From: Candidatus Aminicenantes bacterium
GTDB lineage: Bacteria; Acidobacteriota; Aminicenantia; Aminicenantales; JAFGBC01
Reading direction: 5' to 3'
Length of the DNA stretch: 64,000 bases
NCBI GenBank assembly: GCA_963702005.1
Contig: OY969696.1
Location: forward strand, 512,001-576,000
This document shows, in pieces, positions 49,853 through 59,498 of the stretch (the first letter of the stretch is position 1; each line of letters begins with the position of its first letter). The position numbers and the translations under genes are program-made. A model generated the notes under the pieces. It had not been told where the DNA came from. It did not search any database and saw nothing but the letters and a program-made list of their open reading frames with translations.

Positions 49853-50931
49853 GCGCCCAGCTCCACGCCGTCATCATGGCCGGGGGGAGCGGCACGCGGT
49901 TCTGGCCGCTCAGCCGCGCCCGGCGGCCCAAGCAGTTCCTGCCCATCGTCAGCCGGAAGACCATGGTCGAGGAGACGGTGGACCGCCTCCAGCCGCTCGT
50001 CCGGGCTGAACGGGTCTATACGATCGCCAACCGCGAACAGACGAGAGCGCTCCGCAAGCTCCTCCCCCGCCTTCCCCGCCCGAACCTCCTCGTCGAGCCG
50101 GCGAGCCGCAACACGGCGCCCTCGCTGATGCTGGCCACGGCCCGGATCTATCTTCGCGATCCCAAGGCCGTGGTCGCGGCGCTCCCGGCCGACCACCTCA
50201 TCAAGGACGCGGCCCGTTTCCGGGAGAAGCTCAAGGCCGGCGCCGAAGCGGCTTTCCGGGGAGAGCACCTCGTCACTTTCGGCATCCCGCCCAGTTATCC
50301 TTCGACCGGATACGGCTATATCCACTTCGAGAAGGACAATCCGCTCGAGGCCGGCGGCCAGCCCTTCCACAAAGTTCGTGCCTTCAAGGAGAAGCCGGCT
50401 TATGACCAGGCCGTCCGCTTCCTGGCCGAGGGTACCTATTTTTGGAACTCGGGGATGTTCCTGTGGCGGGCCGACGTGTTCGCCCGCAAGCTCGAGCGAT
50501 ACGCGCCTGACCTCTTCCCGTTCTGGACGCGGATGCTCAAGGCCGTGGCCAAGAAGTCCGGGACGGCCCTCGCCGCTATTTTTCGGGAGATCCCTTCCAT
50601 CTCCATCGACTATGCCCTGATGGAAAAAGCCGAGGGCGTGCTGATGACCGAGGGCGATTTCGGGTGGTCCGACGTCGGGGCCTGGTCCTCGCTCGTCGAC
50701 ATCTGGCCCCGCGACGCCGATGGAAACGCCGCGAACGGCGAGACGCTGATCTTGGACGCCCGCGACTGCCTGGTCTACAACCCGCGCAAGCTCACGGCAC
50801 TCATCGGCGTCAAGGACCTGGTCGTCATCGAGACCGAGGACGCCCTCCTTGTCTGCCGCAAGGACCTCGACCAGAAGGTCAAGGACGCGGTCGAAGCCCT
50901 GAGGAAGAAGGGGAAGGGCGAGTGCGTCTGA
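49849..50931 (+). CDS. manC: Mannose-1-phosphate guanylyltransferase
   Basis: MAGGSGTRFWPLSR..PKQF, EP..RNTAP, FKEKP, WNSGMF, WSDVGAW. Confidence 0.93.
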   Translation: MSAQLHAVIMAGGSGTRFWPLSRARRPKQFLPIVSRKTMVEETVDRLQPLVRAERVYTIANREQTRALRKLLPRLPRPNLLVEPASRNTAPSLMLATARIYLRDPKAVVAALPADHLIKDAARFREKLKAGAEAAFRGEHLVTFGIPPSYPSTGYGYIHFEKDNPLEAGGQPFHKVRAFKEKPAYDQAVRFLAEGTYFWNSGMFLWRADVFARKLERYAPDLFPFWTRMLKAVAKKSGTALAAIFREIPSISIDYALMEKAEGVLMTEGDFGWSDVGAWSSLVDIWPRDADGNAANGETLILDARDCLVYNPRKLTALIGVKDLVVIETEDALLVCRKDLDQKVKDAVEALRKKGKGECV

Positions 50932-51717
50932 CTACTTCGCCAGTCCGATGAGCAGGGCGGCCAGCCCGGCGGCGATCCTGTACCAGCCGAAAAGAACCAG
51001 GCTGTGACGCTGTAAATAAGCGATCAGCCACTTCATGGCGAAAAAGGCGACGATGAAGGCCACCGCCATTCCCAAGGCCAGCAACAAAATGTTCGTCCCC
51101 GAATGAAGGAGAAGTTCGCGCGATTTGTAGAGATCGTAGAGGCCGGCCGAGAGAAGAGTCGGGATGGACAGAAAGAAGGAAAAGAAGGCGGAGTCGGAGC
51201 GCTTGTAGCCCAGGACCATCATGGTCAGGATGACGGCGCCCGCCCGCGAGACCCCGGGCAGGAACGAAGCGGATTGAAACAGGCCGACGAGAAAGGCGTC
51301 CCGCCAGGTCAGGGACGAGACGGCCTTGAGCGGCCGGAGGACGCCTTTCTTGACAAGGATCTCGAAGACGAGAAACGCGATCCCGACCACTATGAATATT
51401 AAGACCATGGCCGGATAGGACTCGAAAAAGACGGCCTTGACCGTCCTATAGAGGAGCGCGCCGAGCAGGGCCGTGGGCAGGAAAGCGACGGCGGTTTTAA
51501 GGAGAAGGTCGCGGCCCGTCCTCAACCGGTCGCGGTAGAGCCAGACCACGGCCAGGATGGCCCCGCCCTGGACGACGACCTCGAACATTTTCTGGAAATC
51601 TCCCCCGGCCATCCCGAGCAGCCGGGCCGTCATGATCAGATGGAAGGTCGAGGAGACGGGCAGGAATTCCGTGACGCCTTCCACGATCCCGAGGAGAATG
51701 ACCTGGAGTATGCTCAT
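50932..51717 (-). CDS. uppP: Undecaprenyl-diphosphate phosphatase
   Basis: GIVEGVTEFLPVSST.H, PGVSRAG, FSFFLSIP, FGWYRI. Confidence 0.95.
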   Translation of the reverse strand: MSILQVILLGIVEGVTEFLPVSSTFHLIMTARLLGMAGGDFQKMFEVVVQGGAILAVVWLYRDRLRTGRDLLLKTAVAFLPTALLGALLYRTVKAVFFESYPAMVLIFIVVGIAFLVFEILVKKGVLRPLKAVSSLTWRDAFLVGLFQSASFLPGVSRAGAVILTMMVLGYKRSDSAFFSFFLSIPTLLSAGLYDLYKSRELLLHSGTNILLLALGMAVAFIVAFFAMKWLIAYLQRHSLVLFGWYRIAAGLAALLIGLAK

Positions 51718-51810
51718 GTTACGCCGCGCTCATGTCTCGATGGGTCGTGTATACCATAAGCCCATGCAGCCCGTCAAAGGATTCGGCCCGAAAACGCCGG
51801 CGGCCGGATC

Positions 51811-52040
51811 CTAAGCGGGTTTCCTCGCATACTCCTTCCGCCACCGGTAATAGGTCTGCTCAGAGACGTCTAGCTTGCAACAGACCTCGGCGACTGGAGT
51901 CGCCTGGTTGAGAAGGATTCCGCCTCGCGGAGCATCGCGATGATCTGCTCCGGTGAAAACCGTTTCCTTGCCATGTCCACCTCCCTCGATCCAGCAGAAT
52001 CTTATCACATGGGCTGGATCCCTTTGAGGGGGGCAGGTCA
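51811..52040 (-). mobile_element. IS3-family remnant (left IR plus truncated, frameshifted orfA)
   Basis: Terminus TGACCTGCCCCC at 52040; GGAGG RBS then MARKRFSPEQII.MLREAE / VAEVC.KL.VSEQTYYRWRKEY; no orfB. Confidence 0.85.
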
Positions 52041-52138
52041 TGCCATATAAAGATTCTTAATCTTCCCGATATCCAACACAACTTTGTCCTTTTAGTCGGC
52101 GAATTATCATCGAGTTTGAAATTGTTTAAAAAAATTGA

Positions 52139-52167
52139 TTGACAATGCGGAGAATCGAGAAAATAAT
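52139..52167 (+). promoter_or_regulatory. Candidate sigma70 promoter of the island operon
   Basis: TTGACA-N17-AATAAT. Confidence 0.45.
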
Positions 52168-52219
52168 ATCAATTGGGTAAAAGAGGGGAATTAATTGAAG
52201 ATGGGGTTGTTAATTTAAG

Positions 52220-53281
52220 ATGCACAAACAATCTCGGCAATTTTATTTAATCGGCGCAGTCATATTAATTAACGTCGTTTTGATTGGACTAAATATTTTC
52301 ATCATAAGGGAAAAGAAAAAAGAATTTAAAAGGCTCTCGGAGCTGAGAAAATCAACAGAGGCAAACCAATTTTATGAAAATTCCTCCAAGGAATTCATGA
52401 ATATGGATTGCCCCGAAATCGTAGCGAATTCCGTCGAGGGGAACGGAATCGCGCTTAGGCAATACGCCGGAAGCGTAATAATCATTCAGTTCAGCAGATT
52501 CTATAAGGAGGATTTGCCCAATCTCGTCTATCTCCAGAACCTTGCCGACAAATATCGAAAATTGGGCGTTTTCCTGTTGTTCGTTAATACGAGAGGGAAG
52601 CAAGATGCGAGTGGGGTGGGAAAATTCGTTACTCTGTCCTACCCCGTCATTGAAGACGATGGAACGATACGAGATCAATTCAATGCATATCCTGAGGATA
52701 CGATCGTCGTAGACCGCAATTTCAAGATCAAGTTCAAAAACGCCCGGTTTATAAAACCCATTGTCTACGACGAACTCATTAAGTGGCTTTTTGAAAATCG
52801 TGATCAGCCAAAATCTTCGGCGCCAGAAGATTTATCCAAACCCATAAAAAGCGTGGTCTATTATGACGTTTTGAAGAAAAAGATCATTAGAATGGAGCAA
52901 GTCCATAAGAAAATCGTTGCCACCTTCTCTGCTTCTTTATGCACGGGCTGCGAGGAGAACAGCAGAATTCAACTATTAAAAGATCTTTCGAGCAAAATTG
53001 CTCCGGAAAAAGGGGAGATATTCCTAATCTTCGGGAAAGGCAACAATCCAGATGCGATTCGGCAATATGCCATGGTTCAAGAATGGGAGAAAGTTCCCTT
53101 CAATATCGGCGTCATCGAGGGTTCCGTCGATATAGATGAAGGTCTTTATTATCAGCTTTTCAAACTCGACATTGATCCAAGAACCCTCGTTTTCGATTCG
53201 GCCAGAAAGCCGATATTCGTCGAATCCCGTAAAAACACAAATTCGCTTAGCATTGATTCATTATTGCGAATGATAAAATGA
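52220..53281 (+). CDS. Membrane-anchored tandem thioredoxin-fold (redoxin/TlpA-like) protein
   Basis: N-terminal TM; domain 1 (YPVIED...YPEDTIVVDRN.KIKF) lacks CxxC; domain 2 has CTGC and DPRTLVFD. Confidence 0.7.
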   Translation: MHKQSRQFYLIGAVILINVVLIGLNIFIIREKKKEFKRLSELRKSTEANQFYENSSKEFMNMDCPEIVANSVEGNGIALRQYAGSVIIIQFSRFYKEDLPNLVYLQNLADKYRKLGVFLLFVNTRGKQDASGVGKFVTLSYPVIEDDGTIRDQFNAYPEDTIVVDRNFKIKFKNARFIKPIVYDELIKWLFENRDQPKSSAPEDLSKPIKSVVYYDVLKKKIIRMEQVHKKIVATFSASLCTGCEENSRIQLLKDLSSKIAPEKGEIFLIFGKGNNPDAIRQYAMVQEWEKVPFNIGVIEGSVDIDEGLYYQLFKLDIDPRTLVFDSARKPIFVESRKNTNSLSIDSLLRMIK

Positions 53282-54420
53282 AGCAACCGAGGGTGCTGAT
53301 AATTCTCATTTTAGGAACAAGTTGTCTATTAACGGGCTATCGGAATCCTCCAGCATCGCGGACGATTAGCAAGCTGGAAAAAAGATCTGAGAGACATCGG
53401 TCTGTTTTGACCAAAAATGCAGCACTCCTAGGCATTTCAGACAAAGAACGAATCACTTCTCTTGAAGAAATAGGCAAAATAGAAAACGGGTTTAGCAGCG
53501 ATGATGATAACTATTTTGAAAACATCACTTCAGTTTGCTTGGACGCCAATAATAATTTATACGTTGCCGATTCTGGAGTCCATAAAATATTCAAATTTAA
53601 CGACCGAGGGAAATTTCTGTTTTCTTTTGGAAAACTGGGTCAGGATAAGGCAGAATTCTTGGGAACAATGAGGATTTCTATAGGCAACGATGGGAAGCTC
53701 AATATAACCGATGATGGAAATTGGCGTTTGTCTATTTATGATCTGGAAGGACATTTTATCCAGCAGTTCCCGATAGACAAGTATATCTATGACATCGCTC
53801 TAACGAAATCGAATGGCGATATATACCTCATCTCGCCAAGTGGAATAAGTCTAATCGATTACTATGATAAGGAAATGCATCTGAAAGGCTCCTTGGTTGA
53901 ATATTCTAGCCACCTTGATTTCCCCTATGAAGTCCCTCCGAAAAAAATGCTTAAATTAATGTCTAGGCCGTCGATCATTGATTTAAAAAAACTCATGACC
54001 AAAAAGGATGAACTAATTCTCGTTTCTAATAATTCGCTATTTATCTTTTTGATAGATAACGATCATAGGATTAAAAACAAATTCAGAATCGCGCATCCTC
54101 GGCTTATAGAGAATTATATAAAGCGCTTAAAAGAATTTGAGTCAAAGGGAGCTTAGGTCCAGTGCTTCGGCTCGGCTTTCCTCGATAACAAAGAGAACAT
54201 CTGTCTGTGTTATTATAACTCGGATATTGAGCAGCCTGAGATTTATCGCTATAGCAAAAATGGGGTTTTTCTCGATGTTTTAAGAATGAATGTTGCCTAT
54301 GGAAACGAAGCCCATTCGAATCGGATCCTTGAGGCATGCGATAGCAAAGGGAACATGTATTCAATCGATTCAAATTTACAAAGAATCGTTATTTATCGAG
54401 AAATGAGCGAAACAGAATAA
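53278..54420 (+). pseudogene. 6-bladed/NHL-type beta-propeller with an in-frame TAG at 54154-54156
   Basis: D..NNLYVADSG..KIFKF...GKFL.SFGK.GQ repeats; the frame continues 87 codons past the TAG to TAA at 54420. Confidence 0.75.
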
Positions 54421-54472
54421 TGTTATACCTAAAATTGACCCTATTTACCTTAATTTCGATAGGAGGTGCTAT

Positions 54473-54775
54473 ATGAAAAAGAGGTTAAGTGTAGGGATTT
54501 TTGCTTCATTCATTCTCCTCTGTGCCTTGACCGTCGCTAATCTCGTTTATTCTCAATGGCCTTGCGAAACACACGGGCCAACTTTTACGTGCGAGCACGA
54601 GGCTCGCGCTTATTGCGCGGGCATGTGCGGAACCTATGGAAAATGCCAGACTTATTATTGGACTTACAATTATTGTGATTCTGGAGTATGTTTTGAAGTA
54701 TGGGCAATTGTATGCTATTCTGGAGCAGCTTACGAGTATGATTGCCAAAGCCTAGCCGGGGCCTGTCCCAAATAA
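54473..54775 (+). CDS. Secreted cysteine-rich peptide (10 Cys in the predicted mature region)
   Basis: AGGAGGT RBS, Sec-type signal peptide, CxxxC and GxC motifs. Confidence 0.8.
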   Translation: MKKRLSVGIFASFILLCALTVANLVYSQWPCETHGPTFTCEHEARAYCAGMCGTYGKCQTYYWTYNYCDSGVCFEVWAIVCYSGAAYEYDCQSLAGACPK

Positions 54776-54804
54776 ACTCTGGCAGTAAAGAGCAATCTTA
54801 ATTT

Positions 54805-54831
54805 CAATAATATTCAAATATTATTGTTTTT
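54805..54831 (+). terminator. AT-rich hairpin plus T run after the peptide gene (terminator or operator)
   Basis: CAATAATATT-CA-AATATTATTG-TTTTT. Confidence 0.4.
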
Positions 54832-56198
54832 CTGAGGAGGATTAAAAGGCATTCATTGAAGCCCAATTTAAAATTTTTTCTTTGCTTTGCTATCCAAGCA
54901 ATTTGCTTTTTATTGGTTACTTCAATAACAGCCCAGGTCGAAATCCGGGATAAAATTCAACACGAAGTTACCGTGACCCTGAAATTGGTCCAGGTTTACG
55001 TGCTGGACAGGTCGGGGAACGCGGTCGCCGATTTAACAAAATCCGATTTCGAACTTTACGACAACGGCCAAGCCAAGCCAATTACGGATTTTGAAAAGCA
55101 CGACCTGTCGATAAATCAAGTTCCGCAAGGCCCGCAACCTTCCCTTCCTACCCCGTCTGTTTCGAAAATGAACCGGAAGTTCTTCCTGTTCTTCGATTTT
55201 GCCTTCAACAACAGGGCAGGGGTCTCCAAATCGAGAACGGCCGCGCTGAATTTTCTCGACACCCAGGTCCGTCCCGATGACGAAGTCGGGGTAATATCGT
55301 TTTCAGCGAGAAAGGGATTGACTCTTCACGAATATCTGACGTCCGATCACAAGAGAATCCGCCAGGTCGTCGAGGGTCTGGGGGCCAATAAATTTCTGGG
55401 GAGAGCCTGGAGTCTCGAAAGCGAGTGGCTTAAAGATCATCTGGAATTGGATGCGGCGCTTAGTCCTGAAATGAAAATGACACAAAGAATTGCCGAGGCC
55501 GAACGATCGCGCATGAATAATGAAGCCGTCGGCTTCGCCTCGCAAATATCCGAGCTGGCGAAGGCTCTCCGCAATATTCCCGGCATCAAGAACATTATTC
55601 TCTTCTCCTCCGGTATCCCGAATTATGCGATGTACGGGGGCGAAGCTGGAACCTTGTGGGGGGATGCCGCATTGCGCGACCGCTACAACGAGATGTGCAA
55701 GGAATTGGCGGGTTCAAACAGCTCGGTTTATGCCGTCAACGTTTCCAGCGCCGGCTCCGCGTCTTTCGAAGACAACGACTTGAGAGGCGATGAAGCGCTC
55801 AGACAGCTTGCCCGAGAATCCGGCGGCAAGTATTTCGACAACATCAACAGCTATGAGACCATCAACCGGACCATTCAGAAGGTGACCGGGACCTACTGCG
55901 TGCTCGGGTATTATATCGACCAAAAATGGGACGGCCGTTTCCATAGCGTCCGGATTGAGGTCAAGCGGAAAGGCTGCTCCGTCTTCGGCCAGCAAGGATA
56001 TTTTAACCCTAAGCCGTTCACCGAATATACAGAAAACGAAAAACTCCTCCATATCATTGACCTGGCCTTAGCTGAGAACCCCCTGATTCAGACTCCGGCC
56101 GAAGCTCCGCTAACGGCCCTGCCGATAATGGCCGGAGGGAAGTCGGGTATCGTTGCCTTCCTCGGCATTCCGCGTCAGCTTAGGGCGAAAGCCCTAGC

Positions 56199-57634
56199 GG
56201 GTTCCCGTAAGGACATCGCTAAGTGAATAACCGTAAGGACATCGATAAGCGATTTGCTCATCGCTTAAACTCTTTCCCATTCCAGTGGGAAGGAGATCTT
56301 TGCGGTGAGCATCAAGAGCGAATATGAGACTCGGAAGAAAGCCATTGAAAATTACTATGATGGGATTGGGTTTAACGAAATCCTCCGCACCGTCCATCGG
56401 AGCGGCTTTTGGCTCTCCAAATGGCTCAATCGCCATCGAAAATTCGGGCTTGATGGGCTTCGCGACCAAAGTCGGGTACCGAGACATATCCCCCATCAAA
56501 CGCGGGAGCCCTTGGTCCGGAAAATCCTGGTCCTGCGCGACGAACTGGCGGCCCACAAGACCCGTCGCGCCGCTTTTGCCGGCATCGGCGCCGAAACGAT
56601 CCATTTCGAGCTTCAGCGACGGGGCGTCCGCCAGCTTCCCGCCATCTCGACCATCGAGAAGATCCTGGCCCGCGCCGGACGAACGAAAAAGGCCAAGGCC
56701 AAACGCTCCTCCAACGGGCCTCCCTATCCCTACGTCCCGGCCCGTAAGATGGGCGACCTTCAGCAAACCGACCTGGTCGGGCCCCGTCATCTCCGCGGTC
56801 CTGCGGGAGTCACCCGCTTCTACTCCATCCACACCATCGACGCCGCCGGACAGACCACTGCGGCCAGCCAGGTCCGCGACAAGAGAACGATCTCGCTCTG
56901 CCGTCATCTGGTTGATTCCTGGCAAGTTATGGGGCTTCCCCGAATCTCCCAGATGGACAACGAGATGGCCGCGACGGGAGGGGGACGGTATCGCTACAGT
57001 CTCTCTCAGCTCATCCGGCTCCATCTTTTGTTGGGCATCCAGCTTCGCTTCATTCCCCCGAAAGAACCCGGCCGCAACGCCGCTATCGAAAGCTTCAATG
57101 CGGTCTGGCAGGCGCGGGTGCTCCGTCATCCCTGTCCGGATCTTCGGTCCTTGCGCCGCACGAGCGAACGATTCCTCCGCTACTACCACTTCGAGAAGCC
57201 GAATCGAAGCCTCCGGGCAACCGATCACGGCACCCGCTTTCCCGGCCAACTCCGCGACCGGCTCTGGTCCGCACTTCGTCATCTCCCATCCGCCTTCAAT
57301 CTCGATCAGCATCTCGATTCCCGGGGACACCTCGATCTGCCGATCGCCAAGGGCTGCGTCTCGTTCGTCCGCAAGGTGGATGCCCACGGTTGCATCGAAT
57401 TCAACGGCGCCGCGTATTTCATCCTCCGTAGACTGGAACGACAGTACGTCGTGGCCACACTCTCGACGTACCATCGCAGAGTCTTCGTCAAGTACGAGGG
57501 GAAGGTTATCAAGACGTTTCCTTTTCCGTTCGTCGGTAAAGTCGTCGATCCGATCGCTTGAAGGCCGATCAGTTATCGATGTCCTTACGGTTTCACTCAT
57601 TAAGAAACGCTTATCGATGTCCTTACGGCTGCCA
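56199..57634 (+). mobile_element. IS481-family-like insertion sequence, 1436 bp
   Basis: 6-bp direct repeat CCTAGC (56193-56198, 57635-57640); CCGTAAGGACATCG twice at each end in inverted orientation. Confidence 0.85.
56305..57561 (+). CDS. DDE (rve/integrase-core) transposase with N-terminal HTH
   Basis: KWL.R...G.DGL.D.SR.P HTH; QTD, QMDNE, NAAIESFN catalytic motifs. Confidence 0.9.
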   Translation: MSIKSEYETRKKAIENYYDGIGFNEILRTVHRSGFWLSKWLNRHRKFGLDGLRDQSRVPRHIPHQTREPLVRKILVLRDELAAHKTRRAAFAGIGAETIHFELQRRGVRQLPAISTIEKILARAGRTKKAKAKRSSNGPPYPYVPARKMGDLQQTDLVGPRHLRGPAGVTRFYSIHTIDAAGQTTAASQVRDKRTISLCRHLVDSWQVMGLPRISQMDNEMAATGGGRYRYSLSQLIRLHLLLGIQLRFIPPKEPGRNAAIESFNAVWQARVLRHPCPDLRSLRRTSERFLRYYHFEKPNRSLRATDHGTRFPGQLRDRLWSALRHLPSAFNLDQHLDSRGHLDLPIAKGCVSFVRKVDAHGCIEFNGAAYFILRRLERQYVVATLSTYHRRVFVKYEGKVIKTFPFPFVGKVVDPIA

Positions 57635-58750
57635 CCTAGCGAATAACGCTGAAGCTTTGTGCCTGATCCTCGACGAGAAGGGAGATACCGAGTCTATCGT
57701 CCCGCTGAAAGTCGCGGCCCATAATATGGAGAAAGACATGACCCTGCTTGTCTTTGTCGCTCCGGCACGGTCGGGCCGCGTTGTCTGTAGAATAGCCCTT
57801 TGCAACATGGAGACCGGATATGGGGTCAGGGGATCCCAGACGATCACTATCCCGCAAGCTCGCGATGCGACCCTTTGGCTCGATCCGCCTCTCATCCTGG
57901 CCAATCGAAGCGTCGAGGAGATTTGCGCTCCCCCCCAGGCATCGCTAGCCAACATATATGCTTATGACGCGATAGAATATTCTCCCTTGTTTGAGGATCT
58001 GCCCGCCGGGACGAAGATCATCCGGGCGGCCCTTCGCGTCACGTCACTTAGGCCGAATTTCGAGATCGAGCTGACGGCGCAGCTCATGGAGGCGGGCGGG
58101 ACGAACACTCGGCCCATTCCCGTGGCTATCGTCAAAGACTCCACGGATGGCCCGATTAAGAAGCTCCTAGTCGATTTAGAGTTGGGCGAACTCAAGTCCG
58201 GACGCTATACGCTTTCCCTGACGGCCCGGGAGAAAGGCGGATTAGCGGTTGCCCAGACGACCCGGGAGATCACCATAAAGTAGCCGATAAATAATATTCA
58301 GCCAACTGGAAAATTCGCTTTTTTTGGGCTTTGGAAAACACCAATTTCGTATTCCTGTTTTATTCGTACTGGCATTCCCGCATTAGGCCCACCCTGAAGC
58401 AGGCTGCGTCCAGAGCCCAAGGCCGATGATGCTGGATTACGGCCGCTTGGGATGTAAACACGGGGAATTTGGGGTGGCGGTCAACATGCGCACTCAGGTT
58501 GATACGCCTTCGAAATTATGTAAATGAGTTTGAAATCTGAAATATTATCGGCTAGGCTTCCCCCGTTGTGAATTTGAGGATAGAAATAAGCCATGAAATC
58601 CTTTACTTTTTCGCTATCCGCTATGTCTCGGTCATCCCCAACCTCAACAGTCTATCGCCCAGCCTGCCCGGGAACGGCGGGATGAGCACGGCGACCGCCC
58701 GCATGAGGCTGAACAATTAATCGAGTGATCGCGGGGCCGCAGCCGGCGTC

Positions 58751-59491
58751 TTATCCCCAGCGCGTCCGAAGACGGGTGAGCTCCACTCCGCTGCCCTTGT
58801 TGAAGATCCCGTGGAGGTAGGAAAGGCCGGAATCCGCGCTCTCCGTCCGGATTTTAGAGAGAATCGTGTCCCCGTGGAACGCCTCGGCCTTGTAGGCGAC
58901 CTCGAGCTCGACAGGCCGCTTGGATGTGAGGATATCGGAGGGGACGGTCTCGAGTGCCCACTGGATGTAGACGGCGTGGTTGACGTGGCGGTTGAGGTCG
59001 AGGTCCTTGAACAGGACCTGGAACTCGCGCTCCCTCTCGGCCCCGTCGCAGGCGGGGAGCGGCGGGAAGGGATCGTCGACGGCCCGTTTGGGCAGGACGA
59101 CCCGGCCGGCCAGATGCTCCTCGACCCGCGCCGGTTGCTTGGAGCGGAGGTTGAGCATGATCCAGGAGCTCGTCGCCAGGGCCAGCGTCCGGCCCTCGGC
59201 ATCGGTCATTTCGAAATCCCGGAGGGCGAAGATCCCATGATGTCCCGACGGCCAGGTCGTGACCCGAACGCTCGTCCCCCATCCGGGATAGGCCAGGAAC
59301 TTGACGTGGTAGCGGGAGAGGACCCAGATCATGCCCTTGGCGGTCAGGTCGTGGAACCCGAATCCGAGTCGAGAAGCGTGCTCTCCGGCTATGTCCTGGA
59401 GATAATTGAGCAAAGCCAGCGGCTGGGCCTTGCCCTCGACATCCGTTTCGTAGCTGTGAACCTCGAATTCCTTGGTATGGGCTCTGTCCAT
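58751..59491 (-). CDS. Acyl-ACP thioesterase (FatA/B-type)
   Basis: YETD..G, WVLSR, ATSSW, DLDLNRHVNH..Y. Confidence 0.9.
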   Translation of the reverse strand: MDRAHTKEFEVHSYETDVEGKAQPLALLNYLQDIAGEHASRLGFGFHDLTAKGMIWVLSRYHVKFLAYPGWGTSVRVTTWPSGHHGIFALRDFEMTDAEGRTLALATSSWIMLNLRSKQPARVEEHLAGRVVLPKRAVDDPFPPLPACDGAEREREFQVLFKDLDLNRHVNHAVYIQWALETVPSDILTSKRPVELEVAYKAEAFHGDTILSKIRTESADSGLSYLHGIFNKGSGVELTRLRTRWG

Positions 59492-59498
59492 GATGGAT

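Larger units (their letters stand above)
54856..58283 (+). pseudogene. VWFA-related (Acidobacterial-type) VWA protein interrupted by an IS
   Basis: VTLKLVQVYV.D..G..V.DL...DFELYDNG, LA.ESGG.YF, DGRFHSVRIEV; removing the IS gives an in-frame 661-aa ORF (...RAKALANNAEALC...). Confidence 0.85.

Noticed and set aside
51719-51733. Four-codon ORF MSAA* just upstream of uppP (minus strand)
   Set aside because: Too short to support; may be a small ACATGAGC duplication
58284-58750. Non-coding right flank of the island examined for att sites, tRNA fragments or IS ends
   Set aside because: No repeat matching the left boundary and no recognisable gene remnant found by eye
58866-58881. parS-like GTGTCCCCGTGGAACG
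   Set aside because: Five mismatches to the parS at 41612 and inside the thioesterase coding sequence
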